Origin: Candidatus Latescibacterota bacterium
Lineage (GTDB): Bacteria > Latescibacterota > UBA2968 > UBA8231
DNA length: 64,000 nucleotides
Direction: 5' to 3'
Assembly (NCBI GenBank): GCA_965217585.1
Contig: OZ244561.1
Location: 736,001-800,000 of the forward strand
Position 1 is the first letter of the stretch. Each line of letters opens with the position of its first letter. Shown here piece after piece: positions 50,047 through 57,408 of the stretch. The notes beneath the pieces were generated by a model that was not told the origin of the DNA, ran no database searches, and was given only the letters and a program-made list of their open reading frames with translations. The position numbers were made by a program, and so were the translations under genes.

Positions 50047-50326
50047 AGAAAACACTCCTAAAAAAGAACAAGCATGAGAAAACATAGAAGCAAGATAAGA
50101 AAAAACCAAAACCTCTCAAGTCATTTAGGACTGCTATATGACCAATCAAGCCTGGCTGCAGCATTTTGCGTATCGAACTGATTCCGCTGGGTGGGCGTTT
50201 TTGCTGGGTAGTCTGACTCAGGCCCTGACCGTTATAATCACCATCGTTTTGCAAACCAGCAAAGCGGTGCAGATAAACCCGATTCAGACACTCAAGAGCG
50301 AATAGTGGTTTATGTCGTTGTCTTTC

Positions 50327-50356
50327 CATCGCCATTGTCAATTGCTTAAAACAAAA
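50327..50356 (+). repeat. 30-bp direct repeat, copy 2 (overlaps the stop of the ATPase fragment)
   Basis: CATCGCCATTGTCAATTGCTTAAAACAAAA. Confidence 0.9.
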
Positions 50357-50744
50357 CCCCAATATCCCGCCATCCCAAGACGATGCCGTGGGCGCGTTCT
50401 TGGCGGCCTTCTCCGCCGTAGATCAGATGGTAGTCCTGCCCCACCGGCAAGGCCGTTGCCAACTTCTTATAGTAGCGCAAACCCTTAAACTGGTCCGTTC
50501 CCAGCGTCGTTCCCGCCTTGATCTCGACCACCTGCCGTCGGCCACTCCGTTCGTAAAGCAAGTCCAACTCGTTGCCAATATTGTCGCGCCAGAAGTAGAG
50601 ATCTGGACGACGGCCCGCGTTGACGTGCTGTTTGATTATCTCGGCAATGACCCAATTTTCAAAAATCGCCCCGCGTAAATAGTGGGTGGCGAGCTGGTCG
50701 GTCGCCTCCAGCCCCAAAAGCGAGCAAAGCAGGCCCGTGTCGTA
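50346..50744 (-). pseudogene. 5'-truncated AAA ATPase / DUF4143 gene
   Basis: YDTGLLCSLLG...GAIFENWVIAE...LYFWRD..GNELDL...VEIKAG; the ATPase N-terminal part is missing. Confidence 0.85.
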
Positions 50745-50749
50745 GGAGT

Positions 50750-50784
50750 TTTACAAAATAGGATCTGGAATCCTATTTTGTAAA
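50750..50784. terminator. Perfect 15-bp AT-rich hairpin at the sulfatase / truncated ATPase junction
   Basis: TTTACAAAATAGGAT-CTGGA-ATCCTATTTTGTAAA. Confidence 0.55.
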
Positions 50785-50799
50785 GAAATTTGGGCTACT

Positions 50800-52290
50800 C
50801 TATTCCGATTCCTCCAGCGCCCCGTCATAAGGCCCGGCCAGTGCCTCGCCTTGGGCTTTGATTTCTTCCAAGCGGCGCGACAGACTGCGCACGATATCCG
50901 GGTGCTGACCGTACAGATTCTGCCGCTCGGCGATGTCGTCTTTGAGGTTGAACAATTCCCCGGGAAAATTGTGGTCGCTATAGCCCCGCTCCGCCTTAAA
51001 CCAATCCGGCTCGCGGTTGTCGTCGCCGGAAGGAGCGTCGATAAAGACCCAGTCGTCTTGGCGCAGGGCAAAGCGGCCCGCACAACTGTGATGCACGGCT
51101 GAGCGGCGCACCGGCGCGTCTATCTGCCCCTGCAACAAGGGAAAGATGCTAATGCTGTCCTCGGCCGCTCCCAAGGGCAACTGAACCCCGGTCAACTGGG
51201 CACAAGTGGCCATAAAATCGCCCAACAGAGCGAGCTGGTCGCAGACCGATCCGGCCGGCGTAACGCCGGGCCAGCGGGCGACAAAGGGCACGCGGTGGCC
51301 GCCTTCCCAAGTGTCGCGCTTGGCACCGCGCAAATGGGCCATGCTGTAGTGGCCGAATTGGCGCACGTGATCGTAGCAACCGCCGGCCGCGGCTGGGCTG
51401 CACTCGGGGCCGTTGTCGCTGGTGAAGATGAGCAGCGTGTCGTCGGTCAGCCCCTGCTCGTCGAGCGCGGCCATGATTTCCCCGACCACCCAATCGACTT
51501 CGCAGACAAAATCGCCGTACAGACCCGCCCCACTGCGGCCGATGAAGTCCTGGTTGGGTACAATCGGCGTATGCGGTGAGGTCAGCGGCAAGTAGAGGAA
51601 AAAGGGATCGGAGCCAGCTTCGGCGATGTAGGCGCGGGCGCGGCGGACGAATTCGGGGACCATGTCCTCCAGTTTCCAGCCCGGCTTCATGGCTCCGGGC
51701 AGACCGAACATCTCCTCGGGCTTTTGCTCGGTCGGAGCCGCAGCCAGCCGGTCCTGCTCAAACCAAGTGTAGGGCGGGAAATTCGGCACATCGACGCCAA
51801 AGTAGTAGTCAAAGCCACACGCTAGGGGACCGCCGCCTATGGGTTGGCTGTAGTCGATATTGCGCTCTAGGGCTTGGCGCTGGTCGCGGTCGAGGCGGCC
51901 GATGGGAGCGTCTCCGCAGGCTGGTTTGCCGTCCTTGGTCGCCCATTCCCAGCCGAGGTGCCACTTGCCGATGCAGGCGGTGCGGTAGCCCTGCTGGCGC
52001 AGTAGCTTGGCCGCGGTGGGGCGGTCGGCTTCTATCAAGGGCGGATCCCAAGGCCACAGGACGCTGCTTTTGAGCGGAGTGCGCCAGCAATAGCGGCCGG
52101 TAAGCAGGGCGTAGCGGCTGGGCGAGCACACGCTGGAGGAGGCGTGAGCGTCGGTAAAGCGCATCCCTTGGGCGGCGAGGCGGTCGAGGTGAGGCGTGGG
52201 AATTTTGCAGCCGGGGTTGTTACATCCCATATCGCCGTATCCCATGTCGTCGGCGAGGATGTAGATGATATTGGGTTTTTGCCGGGGCAT
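50800..52290 (-). CDS. Arylsulfatase (Cys-type, formylglycine-dependent)
   Basis: PNIIYILADDMGYGD, CSPSRYALLTGRY, GKWHLG, FTSDNG, EGGHRVP. Confidence 0.95.
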   Translation of the reverse strand: MPRQKPNIIYILADDMGYGDMGCNNPGCKIPTPHLDRLAAQGMRFTDAHASSSVCSPSRYALLTGRYCWRTPLKSSVLWPWDPPLIEADRPTAAKLLRQQGYRTACIGKWHLGWEWATKDGKPACGDAPIGRLDRDQRQALERNIDYSQPIGGGPLACGFDYYFGVDVPNFPPYTWFEQDRLAAAPTEQKPEEMFGLPGAMKPGWKLEDMVPEFVRRARAYIAEAGSDPFFLYLPLTSPHTPIVPNQDFIGRSGAGLYGDFVCEVDWVVGEIMAALDEQGLTDDTLLIFTSDNGPECSPAAAGGCYDHVRQFGHYSMAHLRGAKRDTWEGGHRVPFVARWPGVTPAGSVCDQLALLGDFMATCAQLTGVQLPLGAAEDSISIFPLLQGQIDAPVRRSAVHHSCAGRFALRQDDWVFIDAPSGDDNREPDWFKAERGYSDHNFPGELFNLKDDIAERQNLYGQHPDIVRSLSRRLEEIKAQGEALAGPYDGALEESE

Positions 52291-52305
52291 GGCCGGTCCT
52301 TTCTT

Positions 52306-53424
52306 TCAGATGGAAATCGTTACTGATAAGCTAAATACCCGATCGACGGCACCGTTCGGTCCTGGAGCGCCGACCCAGCCGTTGGCGAGGCGGTCGTAGG
52401 CCACGATCAGCCCATCGTCTCCCCAGGGCATCAGCGCGGTGTAAGACGTACTCATGGCGGGGTCCTCTCCGGCCTGCGCGTTGCAGAAGGCGTCCGAAAA
52501 GCCCGCATTCGGCTCGACCAGTTGGTTGTGATGCACCCCCAGATTTACCCGCTCCCATTCTTCGCCCTGCCCATCGGCACAGAGCCAGAGGAACAGGCCC
52601 GGGCGGCCACCAGTCAGCACTATCGCTCCATTGCCCAATCGGGCTAGCCGTGGCTGCACCGAGGCCATCCCTTCCATGCGAACCGATGGCGACCACGTCC
52701 GGCCCTCATCCGCGCTGATGCTCTTGTGGAAGTCCCACCTACCGCCGACGCGATAGACGCACAGCAAATCGCCATTGTCCAGCCGCAGGGTGTTGGATTC
52801 GTTGGGGCCTTCGGGCGCGCCGGGCGCGGCATCCGGGCCGGCGACAATGCTGCGGTACGTCCACGCAAAGCCACCGTCGTCGCTGACTACGGCGAACGTG
52901 TTATAGCCTTCTTCCCCGTCGAATTTTCCGTACATCGTCGTCAACAGACTCCCATCCTTTAGGCGCAGGATGTTGCCGTTGTGCTGGAGCCGCAGCTCAT
53001 CCCCGTGGTAATCGGCGAGCGGGCGCGGAAAATCAAAGACCCGCACGTCCCGGGGTTCGACCGCAAGCGCACCATCAACCATCGTCAGGACGTTGCCCGG
53101 CGCGAAGCAATTTTGCCGGTCTCCCGGCGCTTGCGGCCATTGCTCGTAGGGCATCATCAACGTGCTCGACGAATCTCGGACGGAGGTGTGGCCGTACGAG
53201 TCGATGCGCTGATCCGGGTGCCAGCTACCACCGGCATCGTGGCTCACGAAAAGATCGGCTGGCCATTTCCCCTGCGCGACGTCAGCGGAGCGGATGCAGG
53301 CACAAACCAGCGCGTCGTCACCGACTCGGTGCAAGGACGGAAACCAAAAATGACCGGTGCCCTGGCCCACTTCGACCGGAGCACCTGCCCGGACGAGACC
53401 ATTTTGAAGCGGATAATCGATCAT
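52306..53424 (-). CDS. Sialidase / BNR (Asp-box) family protein
   Basis: Asp-boxes SHDAGGSW, SDDGGFAW, SADEGRTW; PNES..LRLDNGDLLCVYR; STSYT. Confidence 0.8.
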   Translation of the reverse strand: MIDYPLQNGLVRAGAPVEVGQGTGHFWFPSLHRVGDDALVCACIRSADVAQGKWPADLFVSHDAGGSWHPDQRIDSYGHTSVRDSSSTLMMPYEQWPQAPGDRQNCFAPGNVLTMVDGALAVEPRDVRVFDFPRPLADYHGDELRLQHNGNILRLKDGSLLTTMYGKFDGEEGYNTFAVVSDDGGFAWTYRSIVAGPDAAPGAPEGPNESNTLRLDNGDLLCVYRVGGRWDFHKSISADEGRTWSPSVRMEGMASVQPRLARLGNGAIVLTGGRPGLFLWLCADGQGEEWERVNLGVHHNQLVEPNAGFSDAFCNAQAGEDPAMSTSYTALMPWGDDGLIVAYDRLANGWVGAPGPNGAVDRVFSLSVTISI

Positions 53425-53491
53425 AGCAGTTCCCTTTCTTCAATCCACCTTAGCGAACTACCTAGCCCGTCGTTCGATGAAAAGCATTCGC

Positions 53492-54247
53492 TCACTGTCC
53501 ATCGGCTACTGGCTCCGGTGGCACTGGTGCAATTTCGTGAACTACGGAGAAGGTGAAAGACGCGCTCGCCACTTCTTTGGGCCGGTCAAAAGCGTCCACC
53601 CGCAAGACCATGCCGTCGATCACAACGGTAATCGCTTGGACATCCTCGTGCAATGGGGCAAACGCCACCTTGCCGGTGTACTCTTCTCCTTTAAACACGA
53701 ACGTGTGCCGCCTGAACAAATCCTGCCGCACCAGTCCCAAGCGTTCCTGGTAGTAATAATCTTCATTGCCGCCCTTGCCGCGCCGCTCCATGTAGTAGCG
53801 CTCAAAACTGTTGTCCGCGTCGCGTTTGAGCACGGCCCAGTATGTGTATTCGCCGCCCCGGTCGGTACGCAATACCATCTTCGCCGGATCGACCATCACC
53901 TTGGGATAGCTCTGGTTGACCACCGTCATTTGGAAAATCGTAAAACGCGGCGGCGGATAGCCCCGGTCCAAGTCTCGGTCCTGCCCATAGGTAAAGGGAT
54001 TCAGATTAGGTTCGCGAAAAGTAAAGCGGGCGTATTCCTGATTTAAGCTTTGGTCGTCGAGATAGCGCAGCTTGAGGCGAAAGCCCTCCTGCTCGAAGAC
54101 CGTGGTACTGTCCTCCGGGTCGAAATAGTAAGCGGCCTCCTGCAAAAGAGCTTCCTCGGGAACCACGCCGATCTTGTAGCGCAGGTCGGGTGGGAAACGA
54201 ATGCAGCCAGCCGCCAAAAGCACCAAAAGGCCCACTCCCCACCGCAT
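53492..54247 (-). CDS. Hypothetical lipoprotein
   Basis: MRWGVGLLVLLAAGC lipobox; start coupled to the TPR gene stop. Confidence 0.8.
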   Translation of the reverse strand: MRWGVGLLVLLAAGCIRFPPDLRYKIGVVPEEALLQEAAYYFDPEDSTTVFEQEGFRLKLRYLDDQSLNQEYARFTFREPNLNPFTYGQDRDLDRGYPPPRFTIFQMTVVNQSYPKVMVDPAKMVLRTDRGGEYTYWAVLKRDADNSFERYYMERRGKGGNEDYYYQERLGLVRQDLFRRHTFVFKGEEYTGKVAFAPLHEDVQAITVVIDGMVLRVDAFDRPKEVASASFTFSVVHEIAPVPPEPVADGQ

Positions 54248-57200
54248 CACTCCACCACCTCCTCGCCGAAATACGTGCGTCCGATCTCGGCGCGGTTGCT
54301 GCGGGCAAACTCTAAGGCACGCCATTCTTTTTCTCTTCCTTCGAGAACTGTAACGGCCCGCTCGTAGGCTTTGGCCGCTTGACGCCAGTCGCCCAACTGA
54401 TGGTGGGAAACGCCGATATTGCAGCGTGCCGCGGCCTCGCTGGGGGTGTTGGGATAGCGCTCGATAACCTCCTGTAGCACGGCGATGGCCTGGGCAAATT
54501 CGCCGCGGTCGTAGAGCACCATGCCTTCGGTATAAAGCGAATCGGCCTCGATGTCGGCCAGATAGATCAGCACTCGGCGCGCCTGCAGGGCCTCCTCAGT
54601 TTCGGGGAAGCGCTCCATCACTTGGGTGTAGAGTTGGGTAGCCTTGGCGAACTTGCGGCCGTTGTAGTAATAATCGCCTAGGTGCAAAAGCCCTATATGA
54701 GCGCGTTCGTGCCCTGAGTAGTCGCGCGCCAAGCGCAGGAAAGATTCTTGCATGTCCTCAATGCGTTCCATCTCCAGATGGCACCAAGCTGCCCCGTACA
54801 GGGCTTCGGGCGCGTCCTTGCTGGCCGGCCAGTCGCCAACGACCCGCTCGTAGTATTCAAGGGCGTGCTCGTACTCCTTATCCCCGTAGTGCAGTTCCCC
54901 GATCAGCAACGCCGCCTCTGGTGCCTGCGGCTGATCGGGATACGCCGCGATCAATTCCTCAAAATGCGCCCGCGCTGCGGCCTGTTTGCCTTGGGCTTGG
55001 AGGCTATGTCCCAAGTAGAATAAGGCGGCGGCCCGCACCGGACGGCGCGGTTTTTGTTCCAAAGTAGTGCGGAAGGCCGTCGCCGCAGCCTCGTAGTCGC
55101 GCTGTCCCAAGGCCACGCTGCCCAGCTCAAAGTGGAGTTCGGCCGCCAGTTCCGGAGTCGACTCTAGCGCGAGCGCCTCTTCCAACACAGCCTGAGCTGC
55201 GGCCAGACTGTCCTGAGCCGACAGGGCCTTGCCCAGCAGGAGCCGCGCTGGCAAACCATAGACGCGATCCCGGTGTGCTAGCAGGGGGCGGAGTTGGGCT
55301 ATGGCTTGCCCGGCATTCCCCTGATCGAGGTAGAACTGCCCCAGCCCCAACAAGCCTTCGGCGCGGGTGGCTTCGTTTTCCAGCATGGAGCGATAGACCG
55401 GTTCCACCCGCGCGGTGTCCTCCAAGGCTTGGGCGCACAACCCCAAGGCCCGCAGCAGGATGCGCCGCTGCGCGTCGTCTAGGGCACCCTCCTCTAGGGC
55501 GGCGATCCACTCGGCCCATGCCTCTTCGTAGCGCTCTGTTTTGTACAGGCTCCACCCCAGACCAAAGCGCGCCGATGCCCGCATGGCATCCCCCAGATGC
55601 GGCAGGGCCTCGACCAACAGCGGCAACGCGCGGTCGTGTTCTCCGCGCCCCTGATACAGCAACCCCAATTGCGCTTTGAACTGGGCTTGCAAATCGGCGT
55701 CGGCCGCCGGGGCCAACTGCTGGGCAATCAGCTTTATGGCCTTATCGTTGTGCCCGTCCTGAACGTAAATCTGCGCCAACTCCATTTGCGCGTACCCGTA
55801 CTGGGGCTGCCCCCGGTCGATGGACTCCAGCATTGTACGCGCCTCCGCGACGCGCCCGGCCCGCCGGTGGCGATGCCCCAACTCCAGCGCGGCAAAGGCC
55901 CGCACTTCCTCCTCCTCGCATTGTTCCAAAATTTGTTCGTAAAGCGCATCGCGGTGCTCGTCGCGCAGCCGGGCAATCTGCAACAAGGCGCGGCAACCCA
56001 ACTCGGGATCAGCTTCCCCTGCCACTAGCCGCTCGAACTTTTCTAGTGCTGCGTCGGGGTCGTCCAACGCCTGATAGAGGTACCCCTGCCAAAACAGGGC
56101 CTCGGGCACCAAGTAGCTCTCCGCCTGTTCAAGCACTTGACCGTACTGGGCGAGAGCCTCTTTGAACAAAACCCGAGCACTATCCGGGGCCACATGCTCC
56201 TCGCCGAGGAAACGCAGGCATTCGGCTACGCGGAACACGGCTTCGTCCGTGGATACGCCGGCCTCGTCGGCAAACTCCCCGTGCGCCGTCAGGTAGAGCC
56301 GGTGCGACGCTAGCGCCTCCTGGTAGTGCCCTTCGTCAAAGAGCAGACTCATCAAGCCGGCCTGCATGCGGGCGCGGAACCCCGGCCGCTCGGCCTTTTC
56401 CGCAGCATAGCGATAGACCGCCAGACTGGCGTCCGCCCCTTGTGTCTCCTGGGCCAGCAGCGCCTGCCGCACCCAAGCCATTTCGGCGAGGTGGGGCTCT
56501 TGGGAGAAATCCCCACTGACCTTTTTGTACGCGGTGAGGGCCTCCTCGGGACGGCCTAGGGCCTTGAGCATATCGCCCCGCTTGATCCAGGCTTTGGCCG
56601 CCATGGAGCGGCGGCTCTGCCCTTCGCGCAAACCGGCCAGAGCCACGGCGGTCTTCTCCTCGTAGTTCATGCCCGCGGGATCGTAGGAGTCCGCCAGCAA
56701 CTCAAAAACGGCGAGGGCCTCCTCGTAGCGCGCCAGTTCTTCCAAAGCCAAGCCGGTCTGCAAGCGCGCCCGGTCGGCCCGAATCCCCTCGGGCTCTCCC
56801 TGCGTATAGGCGCGAAAGGCCGCCACCGCCTGCTCGTATTCCTTTAGACGAAAGAAGGCCCAGCCGAGGGTGTAGCGCGTGCGGCTGGCGTAGCGGCTGT
56901 GCGGAAACAATTCGAGCAGCATCTGTCCAGCCGCCGCGGCGTCGGCGTAATCCTCGGTTGCAAACAGGCAGTCCACCACCATGTACGCAGCCGTCTGGCG
57001 CAATTCAAACGCCTCCTCGTCGCGCAGGGCGACAAAACGTCCAGCCGCCTCTCGCAGCGCCGCGGTAGCCAGCCCGGTTAGGGAATCGGCCTCCACTGCG
57101 TTGGCCAGGGCCGCTTCCTTGTGCCACAACTGCGCCTGCTTGCGCGCCAAATTGGCCAGTTGGTAGCGCGCTGCCGCCTGCACTCCCACTCGGCGTTCAT

Positions 57201-57408
57201 CGACCGCCACGCGCACATCCGAGGCGCGCAGCAGCGCCCCGTCCGGCACGGCCAACACGCTTTCATAGATCTGCCGCGCCCCGGCGAAATCGCCGGTGGC
57301 CAACAGCCGCTGCGCCTGGGCAAAGCGCTTGCTCAGATCCTCTGGATTGGTCACTAGCTGACTGCTGGCCACCAAGCCGGCGAGCACGAGGGGAAGCCAT
57401 AGGGCCAT
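54247..57408 (-). CDS. Large exported tetratricopeptide repeat protein
   Basis: Signal peptide and many TPRs ('..ELIAAYP..P.APEA.L..G', 'VIERYPNTP..AAARCNIG'). Confidence 0.9.
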   Translation of the reverse strand: MALWLPLVLAGLVASSQLVTNPEDLSKRFAQAQRLLATGDFAGARQIYESVLAVPDGALLRASDVRVAVDERRVGVQAAARYQLANLARKQAQLWHKEAALANAVEADSLTGLATAALREAAGRFVALRDEEAFELRQTAAYMVVDCLFATEDYADAAAAGQMLLELFPHSRYASRTRYTLGWAFFRLKEYEQAVAAFRAYTQGEPEGIRADRARLQTGLALEELARYEEALAVFELLADSYDPAGMNYEEKTAVALAGLREGQSRRSMAAKAWIKRGDMLKALGRPEEALTAYKKVSGDFSQEPHLAEMAWVRQALLAQETQGADASLAVYRYAAEKAERPGFRARMQAGLMSLLFDEGHYQEALASHRLYLTAHGEFADEAGVSTDEAVFRVAECLRFLGEEHVAPDSARVLFKEALAQYGQVLEQAESYLVPEALFWQGYLYQALDDPDAALEKFERLVAGEADPELGCRALLQIARLRDEHRDALYEQILEQCEEEEVRAFAALELGHRHRRAGRVAEARTMLESIDRGQPQYGYAQMELAQIYVQDGHNDKAIKLIAQQLAPAADADLQAQFKAQLGLLYQGRGEHDRALPLLVEALPHLGDAMRASARFGLGWSLYKTERYEEAWAEWIAALEEGALDDAQRRILLRALGLCAQALEDTARVEPVYRSMLENEATRAEGLLGLGQFYLDQGNAGQAIAQLRPLLAHRDRVYGLPARLLLGKALSAQDSLAAAQAVLEEALALESTPELAAELHFELGSVALGQRDYEAAATAFRTTLEQKPRRPVRAAALFYLGHSLQAQGKQAAARAHFEELIAAYPDQPQAPEAALLIGELHYGDKEYEHALEYYERVVGDWPASKDAPEALYGAAWCHLEMERIEDMQESFLRLARDYSGHERAHIGLLHLGDYYYNGRKFAKATQLYTQVMERFPETEEALQARRVLIYLADIEADSLYTEGMVLYDRGEFAQAIAVLQEVIERYPNTPSEAAARCNIGVSHHQLGDWRQAAKAYERAVTVLEGREKEWRALEFARSNRAEIGRTYFGEEVVE

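Larger units (their letters stand above)
49000..50136 (-). mobile_element. IS630-family insertion sequence, 1137 bp
   Basis: Terminal inverted repeats TAGCCGTCCTAAATCATTTAAG / TAGCAGTCCTAAATGACTTGAG, TA duplication at 48998-48999 and 50137-50138, split HTH and DDE ORFs. Confidence 0.95.
46776..50305 (+). pseudogene. ABC transporter permease (duplicated MacB-PCD/FtsX type) interrupted by an IS630 element
   Basis: LAIG, RAKEVGLRKALG, RMKEIGIRKVLGAS; removing 49000-50138 restores ..WPVAYMTNQAWLQHFAYRT...NPIQTLKSE* (stop 50303-50305). Confidence 0.92.

Noticed and set aside
44796-50356. Integron cassette array or CRISPR array based on the 30-bp repeat
   Set aside because: Only two copies, 5.5 kb apart; no intI or cas genes; no attC-like structure recognised.
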